Of a DNA stretch of 40,936 nt, positions 26,362-35,259 are shown one piece after another. The stretch comes from a virus. Taxonomy: Duplodnaviria; Caudoviricetes. Under the pieces are notes generated by a model. It saw nothing but the letters and a program-made list of their open reading frames with translations, searched no databases and was not told where the DNA came from. Both the position numbers and the translations under genes were made by a program. Each line of letters begins with the position of its first letter. Positions within the stretch are counted from its first letter, which is position 1. The stretch is taken from the IMG/VR virus record IMGVR_UViG_3300043429_000523, positions 1 to 40,936 of that record. One strand, given 5' to 3'.

Positions 26362-28658
26362 TACTCATCCGAGGTCAAAAGAGCCGTCACGTCCAGGCCG
26401 CCGCCGCCCACCGTGCCGGAAATGTCGTAGGGCTTGTACAGCGTGCCCAGTCCTGCCGTGGCGCGCCGCACCGTGCCTGTCACAGCCGACCCCACGTAGG
26501 TGGTCGAGCCGGTCAACACGCCCGATGAGTTGGTGGTGCCTTCCAATACCAAGTTGCTGCCCACGGTGGTCACAATCCGCACGCGGGCGTTTTCCACCGC
26601 CGTCAGGGTCTTGGCATCCTTCACCGTCACGGTCACGCCCACCGCGTTTTGCACCGTTACCGTCGCGCCCGCCGTGCGGATGCTGGGGGTGGTGCCGCCG
26701 CTGATGTTGATCGTCATGGTGCCCGAGGCAATGTTGACGTAGATCGCCTCGTTGCCCGTGCTGCCGTCGCTGCTGGCAAAGCCGGTGAAGGTCAAGCCGG
26801 TCAGGGTGATGGTTGCCGCTGTGCCGGTGATCGTGATGCCATGCGCCGTGCCGGTGTTTTTGGCAATGGTGCTGGAACTGATCAAAGCCGCGTTGGCCGG
26901 GCTGCTCACGCTGATAGGCGAGTTTGTGAACGTGCTGCCCGAGATGGTGCTGCCGGTTGTGGTCACGCTGGGGCAGTTGGTGAACACCTCGCCGCTGTAC
27001 GTGGTGACAGGGCGCAGCGTGGTGGTCATGCCGATGAAGGTGTTGTTGTTCAAGTCCCAGGTGGCCGCACTGGTGGCCCCGCTGGTCACTTCAAACACCG
27101 CAGGCGTTGGGCTGGTGATCAGGCTGTTGGTCAGCTTCACCGTGTCGCCCGACTTACCTGCCAAATACAACCCAACCTTGTTGTCGCTGGCGTGGTACTG
27201 CACATCCTTGGCTGCAACGCTGGCCCGCTTGGGGAACTGCACCACACCGGAGTCGACCTGAAAGTTCACTGCATCGCCGCCGCCGATCTGCACGGGTGCA
27301 AAGCACACCACCGCAGCCGCACCCGCTTTTTGAATCAGAGGCAGTCGGAAGGACTTGCCCACATCCACCATGCCATCCAGCCCAACTGGGTAGGTGGCGT
27401 CACCGCCTGCGATGATCTGCTTGTCCACCACGTAACACTCGGTCAGGCCCACCTGTGAACTGAACAGAGGCGCATTGCGCAGCACTTGCAGGTACTTCAC
27501 CGCCGTCACATCGCAGTTGGTGGAGCCGTTGGCGTAGGATGTGCCGCTGTAGCCTGGCTCGATCACGAACACCGCAGGGGTGGCCGGTGGTACTGCCGCA
27601 TCCTTGGCCGATACCTGGTAAGCATTCCAGGCCGTTGTGCCTGCCGATCCCGAACCCAAGCGCACCACCACACCGCCCTGAGCCAGCGAACCCACGCCGA
27701 ACTTGGCCTGTTTCCAGTTGCCCGCCATCACAGCGCCAGCGACCAGCTTGCCGGTCACGTTCACCGCCGTGGTAATGGTCACTTCAGGGCCTACCAAAGC
27801 TGTCACCGCCGTGGCTGCTGCTGCACTGGTCAAGATGGACAGGTAAGGGTCAAGGCCCGAGTCCACCAGCAGCGCCGCCGTGGTCGGGGTGGCAGTCTTG
27901 CCGTTGATCGTGGCCGTGATGCCGTTGGTGGTATGGCTCACGCCGTTCACCGTGGCCGAGTAGGAGCCGTTGTGCAGCAAGGTGGCCGGGCTGGTCACGT
28001 CGTCAATGTATGGCGGAATCCGTGCACCAGATGCCGCCCGCAGTGCAAAGCTCAAACGAACATAAGTTCCCGAGACGTTGGAGCGGAACGGGATCGCAGG
28101 GCTTGCGCCTGCCGTGCGTTGGATGTACCAGCCTGCCGAAACGTCCGCCGACAGGGTGGCCGTGGTGCCCGATGAGTCGGACATACCCACGCTCATAGCG
28201 CCGGGGTCGGTCACAACCATCGGGTTGGTGCCTTCCACCGCCACCATCGATACCACAAGCGCGTTTGCCGTGGTCGTGGTCAAGCTCTGCCCCACTGGTG
28301 TAGTGGTGCCTGTGGCAACGCCGTTGTAAAGCGGTGTCACGCCGTCGAATGGCGTGGTCGTGTCCACTTCGCGGAAGCACATCACCATGATGGCCGTGGC
28401 GTCTGCGCTGGTCATTGTCAGCGTTTCCGCTGCGCTGTTGCACTTCAGGTACCACGCATAAGTGATGATGCCCTGCGTCACTGTGGCCGGTGAAAACGCC
28501 GTCCAGGTGGAAGACGATGAAGCAATGGCTAGCGTGCCGGTATCCACCGCCCCCATCAAAACGAGGTAATCGTTGGTTTGGTGCGGTGGCAAGTTGACGG
28601 TGTAGCCCGTGCCACCTGCCGTCGAACCCGTCTGAGCAATGTCGACCAAATAGGCCAT
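26361..28658 (-). CDS. Large Thr/Gly/Ala-rich putative fibre or adhesin-like structural protein
   Basis: 765 aa, beta-sandwich-like composition; C-terminal VTVKD...VENARV Ig-like module. Confidence 0.6.
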   Translation of the reverse strand: MAYLVDIAQTGSTAGGTGYTVNLPPHQTNDYLVLMGAVDTGTLAIASSSSTWTAFSPATVTQGIITYAWYLKCNSAAETLTMTSADATAIMVMCFREVDTTTPFDGVTPLYNGVATGTTTPVGQSLTTTTANALVVSMVAVEGTNPMVVTDPGAMSVGMSDSSGTTATLSADVSAGWYIQRTAGASPAIPFRSNVSGTYVRLSFALRAASGARIPPYIDDVTSPATLLHNGSYSATVNGVSHTTNGITATINGKTATPTTAALLVDSGLDPYLSILTSAAAATAVTALVGPEVTITTAVNVTGKLVAGAVMAGNWKQAKFGVGSLAQGGVVVRLGSGSAGTTAWNAYQVSAKDAAVPPATPAVFVIEPGYSGTSYANGSTNCDVTAVKYLQVLRNAPLFSSQVGLTECYVVDKQIIAGGDATYPVGLDGMVDVGKSFRLPLIQKAGAAAVVCFAPVQIGGGDAVNFQVDSGVVQFPKRASVAAKDVQYHASDNKVGLYLAGKSGDTVKLTNSLITSPTPAVFEVTSGATSAATWDLNNNTFIGMTTTLRPVTTYSGEVFTNCPSVTTTGSTISGSTFTNSPISVSSPANAALISSSTIAKNTGTAHGITITGTAATITLTGLTFTGFASSDGSTGNEAIYVNIASGTMTINISGGTTPSIRTAGATVTVQNAVGVTVTVKDAKTLTAVENARVRIVTTVGSNLVLEGTTNSSGVLTGSTTYVGSAVTGTVRRATAGLGTLYKPYDISGTVGGGGLDVTALLTSDE

Positions 28659-28667
28659 GCTTGCCCT

Positions 28668-30404
28668 TTAAGCGTCAGACACCGATGAGATCGTGGCGCT
28701 GCCGCCCGTGGAACCCAGCGAGCCGGTGGTTTTGGCAGGCTTGATCGAGTCCGTGTAGTTCGGCCCCGTGCCGCCGTACCGCGCCTCGACGTAGAGGGTC
28801 TGGTTGCCCGACTGAATCGTGTTGTAGCTGATCGAAGTGCCCGCAGCCGCAGCGTCGATGTAGCTGATAAACGTGTTGGCCCCGTTGGCAGCGTTGTCTG
28901 TGCTGAAGTTGTGGCTGGTGATCGTGAAGGTCTTGGTGCCCGTGTTCACCGCCGAGTAGGGGTGGCGGGTGTAAACACCGCTGGCTCGCAGGATTCGGAT
29001 GGTGCCGCTTGATGGGGTGTTGGCGGGTATCGCCTCGTTGACCACCACTGAAGTCACAGCAGCGCCGGTCAATGCGCCGTTCAGGGTCAACTGGCCCACT
29101 TGCAAGCCGCCCGAGCCGTTTTCAGGACCGACCAGCACACGCCAGCCAGATGCAACGCCGTTCACAGTGAAGGTCACGTTGTTGGGTGGCTGACGGGTCA
29201 CGCCGTCCAGCGCCTGAATCTTGTCATTCACCGCCAGGTCAACGTACTCCAGCGCGAAGCCATAAGCACCCACCAGCGATGAGCCGGTAGATGCACCGCA
29301 GAACGGGGTAGACAGCGCCTTTTCAACCGCAGCCGCCGATGTGGTGGCCGACACTGCGCCCTGGGTCACGGTCATGCTGTTGCCGGGTGCCACACCGGTC
29401 AGCAACTGGATGTAGAGGATGTGATCGGTGGTGTCGTTGGCCAGTATCTGGCCCGTGCCCGCCGTGCCACCCGAACCCCATGACAAAGGCGTTGCGCCGC
29501 CCTGCACGAACGTGCCGCCCGAAGGCGTGCCAATGTCCACCAGGTGCGTAATGCCCCGGAACTTCTCGCCGGGGATGCCATACAGCGTGCCGGTTTCACC
29601 GTTGCGAGACACATACTTCATGCGCTCATAGAACTGGTTGATCGTGTACGTGTCGCGGTTCCACTCGGAGTAATACTCTTCGTTCGATCCGTTGTTGTCC
29701 ACGTCAATGGCTTTGTAACCCGCCGTGGTGTTGGTGATCGTCGTCCAGGTCGCCACCGTGCCCGAGGCCGTGGTGTTGTTCAAGTCGTCCGCGTAGGTCA
29801 GCGGAACCACGTTCACGCCTCGACCGGTTGACGGAATACGGAATTCGCTGAAGGTCTTGCCCCATTCGCGGGTGGTGAACAGCAAAGCGCCGTTGTCGGT
29901 CAACACACCTGCGCTCTTGACCTTGACCATGAAGCGCATCGCCACGCCGTTGGCCGGGTCGGGGTTGATACCCGCAAAGCTCTCGCCGTTCGGTGTGTTG
30001 TTCCAGAACTTGTTGCTTAGAACCACGTTGTTCTGGATCACGTTGACGATCACGCCACGGTTCGCCACCACGGAAACACCGTCGTAGATTTCCTCGTTGC
30101 CGCTGACCGTTTGGATGATCGAGCCGCCGAAAATGAACTCACTCGCGGGCGTGGTGTAGCCATCGTCCAAATAAGCGTTGTTCAGCAACTCGATGATGGT
30201 GGTGAACTTCTTGTCGGACGGGTTCAGCTTGGTAATGTCCAGCAGGTCATCGCCGGATGCCGAGGCATCGTCGGCCAAGTCTTGCAGCCATCGGTGCAGC
30301 TCGTACACCGAAACATAGTTTGCCGTTGCCGAGCCGTGCGCCCCGCCAATGTACCGAATGCCCCGATCGCTGCGAAACTGCCATTTGGTTGCGTCTAATG
30401 CCAT
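28668..30404 (-). CDS. Putative structural protein (appendage module)
   Basis: 578 aa, beta-rich; directly follows the portal gene. Confidence 0.6.
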   Translation of the reverse strand: MALDATKWQFRSDRGIRYIGGAHGSATANYVSVYELHRWLQDLADDASASGDDLLDITKLNPSDKKFTTIIELLNNAYLDDGYTTPASEFIFGGSIIQTVSGNEEIYDGVSVVANRGVIVNVIQNNVVLSNKFWNNTPNGESFAGINPDPANGVAMRFMVKVKSAGVLTDNGALLFTTREWGKTFSEFRIPSTGRGVNVVPLTYADDLNNTTASGTVATWTTITNTTAGYKAIDVDNNGSNEEYYSEWNRDTYTINQFYERMKYVSRNGETGTLYGIPGEKFRGITHLVDIGTPSGGTFVQGGATPLSWGSGGTAGTGQILANDTTDHILYIQLLTGVAPGNSMTVTQGAVSATTSAAAVEKALSTPFCGASTGSSLVGAYGFALEYVDLAVNDKIQALDGVTRQPPNNVTFTVNGVASGWRVLVGPENGSGGLQVGQLTLNGALTGAAVTSVVVNEAIPANTPSSGTIRILRASGVYTRHPYSAVNTGTKTFTITSHNFSTDNAANGANTFISYIDAAAAGTSISYNTIQSGNQTLYVEARYGGTGPNYTDSIKPAKTTGSLGSTGGSATISSVSDA

Positions 30405-30420
30405 GTGTTACCTCTGAAAT

Positions 30421-32601
30421 TTATGCAATGCCTTGCGCACGGCCGTCCGGCCCACGCACGATGGTTTTTGGTTTGCCCAGCTGCTCAATCGCTGCGCGGA
30501 AACCGTCGATCGAAGCCGCCAGCGCGTTGGTCATGTCGCTGCTGCCTTCCAGGTTGGTCGGTGCTGCGCTCTGTTGCTTGAGCTGTTCCAGGTAAATCTG
30601 GGTCTGTGCCTGCAACTCAGCCTTCCACTTCTCAAACTCCATGCGCTGCTGTTCCAACTGCGCGTCGTACCGGGCTTTCATCATTTCGCGCTCGGCGTCG
30701 CGCTGGTCGTTGGCCGCTTGCAATTCCAGGCTGGCCTGTGTCTCTTGCAACTTGGCCTGCATTTGGGCCTGCGTCTTTTGCAAGTCCACCTGAAGCTGTG
30801 CCTGTGACTTCTGCTGATCGGCCTGCAACTTCATTTGCTCAATCTGAAGCTCAATCGGAGGCTGTTGCGGCTGCGGCGGCAGGGTTGACGGGTCTTGAAA
30901 GTACGCCTGCACGTCTTTGAACCCGGCGTTTTCTGCCAGCTTTGCAGCGGTGTTGTAAACGTGCTTCGGTGTCGCCAAGCCCATCGGCATGCCCTGCATC
31001 TGCAATTGCAAGATGTTGCCCAACTGCTGCGCCTGGCTCACTTTGTCGCCGGTGCCCAAGCCAACGTGGATGCTCATGTCGTACTGATCGCGCCATTCGT
31101 TCGGGTCGTACTCCACGAACTCATCACGCAAGCGGAACGCCAGCTTCTCCATCCCACCGTCGGTCAGGGTCTTCAAAATCCCTTGGAATATGGGCTTGAC
31201 CAGTATCTCGGCAAAGATGCGAGCAATCAGCTCAATGCGCTGCTGTGCCGCTGATTGGTCGATCTGACGCCCGGTGGCCGTGTTGTTCAGGCTGTCCGGG
31301 TTCAGGCCCATGGACGTGCGAGACACACCCGTGCGGTTTTCGCGCATGCCCTGCACGTATTCCAGCATCGGCATGGATGCCCCAGCCGCGAATGGCACCA
31401 CGTCAGGCTGCACGCCGTTGATGTCGCGTGTGCGAATCAAACCACCTGGGCGCGAGTCCAACAGATCGTCGATGTTGGCCATGGGTGACCAATTCGAATC
31501 CGTCAGCACTTTGGTGCGCGGGTTGTTGGTCAAATACAGGTTGTTCAGCGTCTGGCGCAGCAACTCAGTGTGCAGCTTTTGCAGGTCGCTCACCACTTCG
31601 GCCAGGCTCATGCCGGCCCATTGGTGGGTGTTCAGCACCGGTGAGGCCGTGGCAATCGGTACGTGCGAGACTTCCTCAACCTTCAGGATTTTGTCCTGCA
31701 AACGGTAGATGCACAGGCGCTCGGCAATGCCGTCGCCATCACGGTCCACCAGCACGTATTCAATGCGCAAGTAGCCGTCTTCCTGGCTCTTGTCGATATC
31801 GTCGCCTTCGTCCTCGTAGGCCTCGGATTCGGTCTGCCGCTGCATCAAATTGCGGTCAGATGCTTCCAAGTCCTCCGGGTCCACCTTGAAGCCCATCAGC
31901 TTCAGTTCAGACGCGGTGACTTCCATCACCCGGCAAACGTAAGGGCAGTCCTGCAACAGGGGCGAAGTCCACTCGGCCTCAATCAACAGGTCGTTGGGGT
32001 CGAACGCCTCCACCGTAACCACGTTGCGCTTTTCAATACGCTTGAGTCGGCCGGAGTGCAAGCCCATCACCATGCCCGTGGGGTCGAGCACTTGCTCGGT
32101 GCGCACCTCTTGCAGCTCTGCGCCTTCCTCTTGCATGATCATGGCGAGCATTTCGTCCGTGGCCCCTTGGAATGGGATGGACGTCACGCTTTCTTTGGTC
32201 TCTTTGCGCCACATCACCGCCGCATTGCCGGTCATGAGCGCGTCTTTGAGTGCCGTGTAGAGCACCAAAAAGCCGTTGTTTTGCTTGTAAAAGACGTGGT
32301 TGCAAGCGTCGGTGGCTTGCTCTGCACCGGCCACGTCGTTGGCCCGTGAAGGCTCAAAGCTCACCGCTTTGTCGGTGCTGGTGAAGATCTTGAGCAGGGA
32401 GGGCAGCACCCATTCCACCGTGTCGGACACGTCAGAGGCCACAATCTGTGACCAGTCCTCTTGCTCGTTGCCGTAGGGTTGCTTGTAGTACTCACGCCGC
32501 GAAGCCTCACGCGTGGTAGACAGCTCGCCCCAGACGTACTTGCCTGCCGCGTCCTCTTTGTCTTGCAGCAGCTTCAGCAGGTCTTCATCGTCCAGCTTCA
32601 T
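30421..32601 (-). CDS. Portal protein (P22-like, long C-terminal coiled-coil barrel)
   Basis: SDVSDTVEW..PSLLKIF, DGDGIAE, TATG motifs; Gln-rich C-terminal coil. Confidence 0.9.
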   Translation of the reverse strand: MKLDDEDLLKLLQDKEDAAGKYVWGELSTTREASRREYYKQPYGNEQEDWSQIVASDVSDTVEWVLPSLLKIFTSTDKAVSFEPSRANDVAGAEQATDACNHVFYKQNNGFLVLYTALKDALMTGNAAVMWRKETKESVTSIPFQGATDEMLAMIMQEEGAELQEVRTEQVLDPTGMVMGLHSGRLKRIEKRNVVTVEAFDPNDLLIEAEWTSPLLQDCPYVCRVMEVTASELKLMGFKVDPEDLEASDRNLMQRQTESEAYEDEGDDIDKSQEDGYLRIEYVLVDRDGDGIAERLCIYRLQDKILKVEEVSHVPIATASPVLNTHQWAGMSLAEVVSDLQKLHTELLRQTLNNLYLTNNPRTKVLTDSNWSPMANIDDLLDSRPGGLIRTRDINGVQPDVVPFAAGASMPMLEYVQGMRENRTGVSRTSMGLNPDSLNNTATGRQIDQSAAQQRIELIARIFAEILVKPIFQGILKTLTDGGMEKLAFRLRDEFVEYDPNEWRDQYDMSIHVGLGTGDKVSQAQQLGNILQLQMQGMPMGLATPKHVYNTAAKLAENAGFKDVQAYFQDPSTLPPQPQQPPIELQIEQMKLQADQQKSQAQLQVDLQKTQAQMQAKLQETQASLELQAANDQRDAEREMMKARYDAQLEQQRMEFEKWKAELQAQTQIYLEQLKQQSAAPTNLEGSSDMTNALAASIDGFRAAIEQLGKPKTIVRGPDGRAQGIA

Positions 32602-32741
32602 TCGGCGATCTTCCGCTTGGTCACTTTGGGCGCTTCGTCACCTTTGAGCAACGGATGCAGCAAATCGGCCAGCTTGTCAGCAGCGTCACGCCGCCCCATT
32701 CCGACGAGGCGGATCAGTTCGATGAGTTCTTGATGGGTCAT
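32598..32741 (-). CDS. 47-aa hypothetical protein
   Basis: AAGGAG RBS; ATGA overlap with the portal gene. Confidence 0.6.
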   Translation of the reverse strand: MTHQELIELIRLVGMGRRDAADKLADLLHPLLKGDEAPKVTKRKIAE

Positions 32742-32760
32742 GGTGGGCACTCCTTGGCAT

Positions 32761-32781
32761 AGTGTCCACATTGGTAAAGCG
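32761..32781 (-). promoter_or_regulatory. Late promoter-like motif, portal block
   Basis: CGCTTTACCAATGTGGACACT, identical to the 22093-22113 copy. Confidence 0.8.
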
Positions 32782-32782
32782 G

Positions 32783-33289
32783 CTACGCTACCCGGCAAAA
32801 CTCCGGCAGCAAATCGTTTGCCGCTTTCCGGTAGGCATCAAATGCAAGCTCTGCCGTTGCAAACGTCCCCAGACTGCGCGGCTTACCATTGACTTTGATC
32901 TTGGCTATGTACCGGCCTGTTGACGGCACCACAAAGACGCCCTTGTAACCCGTCTGGCTTGCTTTGGTTGCAAGCCTGTTGTGCATGTTCTGGCTGTTGT
33001 TCACCAGACGCAAGTTTTCAAGCCTGTTATCCGTTCTGTCCATGTTGATGTGGTCAACCATCATGCCGTCGCAGTTGCCGTGAATGTAAATCCAAGCAAG
33101 GCGGTGCGCAAAATACAAAGAACCTTCAATGTGAATCTTCACATACCCGGTGCTTTTGTCTAAGCAGCCGGTGGTTTTACCAACAGAATCGCCCCGCCTT
33201 GACTTGATTCTTGTAAAAACCCCAGTGTCGGGCGCATAGTGCAACAACGACTTCAGATGCTCTTGGGTGATATGATTGGCCGCAGCCAT
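32783..33289 (-). CDS. HNH-AP2 homing-type endonuclease
   Basis: AHRLAW...VDHIN-x-x-R-x-DNR-x-x-NLR; C-terminal TGYKGV...YIAKI...LGTF AP2 domain. Confidence 0.92.
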   Translation of the reverse strand: MAAANHITQEHLKSLLHYAPDTGVFTRIKSRRGDSVGKTTGCLDKSTGYVKIHIEGSLYFAHRLAWIYIHGNCDGMMVDHINMDRTDNRLENLRLVNNSQNMHNRLATKASQTGYKGVFVVPSTGRYIAKIKVNGKPRSLGTFATAELAFDAYRKAANDLLPEFCRVA

Positions 33290-33355
33290 GATGACTCCTT
33301 CACAGTCGGATTGGTTAGAGCCAGCATTGGATTGCCGTCCTTTGCTGGCTCGCTT

Positions 33356-33384
33356 ATTTTACCGGCTCTCATTCCATCAGGCAA
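33356..33384 (-). promoter_or_regulatory. Putative sigma70 promoter for the HNH gene
   Basis: TTGCCT-17 nt-TAAAAT, followed by a 9-bp hairpin (33318-33351). Confidence 0.55.
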
Positions 33385-34633
33385 CAAATCCTTTTGATCT
33401 GTACCTGATCGGAGCCGCTGAACCGTTGTTGTTGGTCAAGCTGTCCGCAACGATGCACACATACCTGAAACAATCAGCCGAGTGCGAAAACTCATCATGC
33501 AGTGGTGATCCAGGCTCTCCCGTCTTGTTGCTGATGTTCCGGCGGTAGCGTCGCAATGATTCCATCAATCGAGCCGTGCGCGTCTTGTCGAAGTACACCC
33601 TTGGGAACACCAGCCGCGTAGCTCTGATGCCTTCCTCGACCGACATTGGCGGGATTTTCTCAACCGTGAAGCCGAGCGCCTCCATGATCTCAGCGGATGA
33701 CTTGCCGGTTTTGTAATCCTTGGCGAAACCATCATGGGGCAGGTACATCACGCCGATGTTGTAGGGCTTGCGCCTGATCTCTGCTGCATAGTCTGCAAGC
33801 GTGCGCTGGTTGTCTTCAATGTGGTCAACCACGCGCAACTCAGAGCCGGAGCGCTGAACAAAGGCAATGGCCATGCTGTCAGCGAATCCCAAGTCCCACA
33901 CCGCATGCGTCTTAAGCAGCGGGTCGGCGGGCACTTCACGGATGCGCCCCTCGCTCTCGGCCTTGCTCACTTCGTCAAAGTAAATCGCGCCCTCAACCGC
34001 GGGCTTGCACTTGCCTTCCCAAATCCAGTTGTAGACCTCGGGCTTGAGCGTTGATTGAGCGTGCCGGCGTTCAGCGTCCAGCGTTGACGGAAACCACGGA
34101 TTGTCTGACCAATTCATTTCAACCACCACCGCATCTGGCGGGGTGTTGATCACAAACCGGTCGTGCGTTGGGTCGCTCTCCAACTCCGGGTTGTAGGTGA
34201 TCCAAATTTCGGAGCCCTCTTTACGGATGGTGGGAATGAGCACGGACCAGGAACGGTCGCTGATCGTCTGGGCCTCCTCGCACCACACCACATCCACACC
34301 CTCGAATGACTTGATGCTGTCCACGGTCATATCGCTCAGGCCAGCAAAAAAGAACTCGGTCCCGTTCTTACCCCTGATCGTGTTTTGCAGCACTTCGTAG
34401 AAGCTCTCGAGCCCCAACCGTGCGATCTGGTCTTTCAGCAACTGATGCACCGATTGCTGAATAGACTTCTGAATCTCACGAGCGCACAGGAACCGGGTAG
34501 GCTTGGCCGTGCCGATGATCAGCATGGCGATGGCAATGCCCCAGCTTTTGCCGGAGCCCCTGCCACCTTTGATGATCTTGTACCGCTTAGGCTCGAACAG
34601 AACGTCAAGCTTTTGCGCAAGTTCAATTTCCAA
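33377..34633 (-). CDS. terL: Terminase large subunit (PBSX-like)
   Basis: Walker A GGRGSGKS, Walker B VVWCEE, TYNP coupling motif, nuclease WDLG...HSAD. Confidence 0.95.
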   Translation of the reverse strand: MEIELAQKLDVLFEPKRYKIIKGGRGSGKSWGIAIAMLIIGTAKPTRFLCAREIQKSIQQSVHQLLKDQIARLGLESFYEVLQNTIRGKNGTEFFFAGLSDMTVDSIKSFEGVDVVWCEEAQTISDRSWSVLIPTIRKEGSEIWITYNPELESDPTHDRFVINTPPDAVVVEMNWSDNPWFPSTLDAERRHAQSTLKPEVYNWIWEGKCKPAVEGAIYFDEVSKAESEGRIREVPADPLLKTHAVWDLGFADSMAIAFVQRSGSELRVVDHIEDNQRTLADYAAEIRRKPYNIGVMYLPHDGFAKDYKTGKSSAEIMEALGFTVEKIPPMSVEEGIRATRLVFPRVYFDKTRTARLMESLRRYRRNISNKTGEPGSPLHDEFSHSADCFRYVCIVADSLTNNNGSAAPIRYRSKGFVA

Positions 34634-34919
34634 TTGGGGCCTTGAAGCTGATTGTGAAGTTGTGTTGGAGCGGGTTTTGCGGGTCGCCAGTGACTTGGAT
34701 TGGCATCACCTTGCCTACCAACCCCAAGAACGCCGCCTTGGTCTTTGGGTCTGTTGCACAGTCCATCAGGTAGTCAACGCCGCCAACATTGTCCAGGGCC
34801 TCGGCAATCATGTCTCTGATCGCCTGGTTGTTCTTGTTGAGCACGCCTTTTGGCCTGCCTTGGTTCGGTCTTTTCTCGCCTTTCTTATAGGCGGTCTTGG
34901 GTATTGGTGCTGTTGTCAT
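34623..34919 (-). CDS. Putative terminase small subunit
   Basis: GRPKG-x-x-NK motif; directly upstream of and overlapping terL. Confidence 0.7.
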   Translation of the reverse strand: MTTAPIPKTAYKKGEKRPNQGRPKGVLNKNNQAIRDMIAEALDNVGGVDYLMDCATDPKTKAAFLGLVGKVMPIQVTGDPQNPLQHNFTISFKAPIGN

Positions 34920-34947
34920 GCTATCGAGTCCAGTGAGGGTGTTCGAT

Positions 34948-35259
34948 TCACTTATTGTCAACATTGGTAAAGCGGGTCAGTCTCTTGTGAACGATCAGCT
35001 GATAGTTCTTTCTTACGAACACCCTGAAGTCTTCATTGGTGTCTATCCACCGCGTTAGGAATGTTGGTCCAAAGTAAATACCTGATTGACCATCAAAAAA
35101 TGTTAGAGGGCACCTGCACCGAAGCTCACCGCGCCTATGGGCACAGTAAATTTCATACGCGACAGCTTTCTCGCTGAGTCCATTGATCTCTGCAATCATT
35201 GCTGCCAGCAGACCCACCTTCTCCATTCTTGACGTTGTTGGAAGCGATAGAACCCTCAT
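34948..35259 (-). CDS. Hypothetical protein (AT-richer)
   Basis: ATGA overlap with the upstream HTH gene; its 3' end runs through the late motif. Confidence 0.5.
   Translation of the reverse strand: MRVLSLPTTSRMEKVGLLAAMIAEINGLSEKAVAYEIYCAHRRGELRCRCPLTFFDGQSGIYFGPTFLTRWIDTNEDFRVFVRKNYQLIVHKRLTRFTNVDNK
34954..34974 (-). promoter_or_regulatory. Late promoter-like motif, terminase block
   Basis: CGCTTTACCAATGTTGACAAT, 34 nt upstream of ATG 34919. Confidence 0.8.

Noticed and set aside
28310-28335. Extra late-motif copies (GTAAAGCG here and near 8804-8811)
   Set aside because: Only the short core matches; both lie inside genes and lack the -10-like hexamer at the conserved spacing
17061-28658. 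Diversity-generating retroelement acting on fibre genes
   Set aside because: No reverse transcriptase ORF and no template/variable repeat pair noticed
10005-34974. CRISPR array interpretation of the 21-bp repeats
   Set aside because: Copies are hundreds to thousands of bp apart, separated by whole genes; no cas genes
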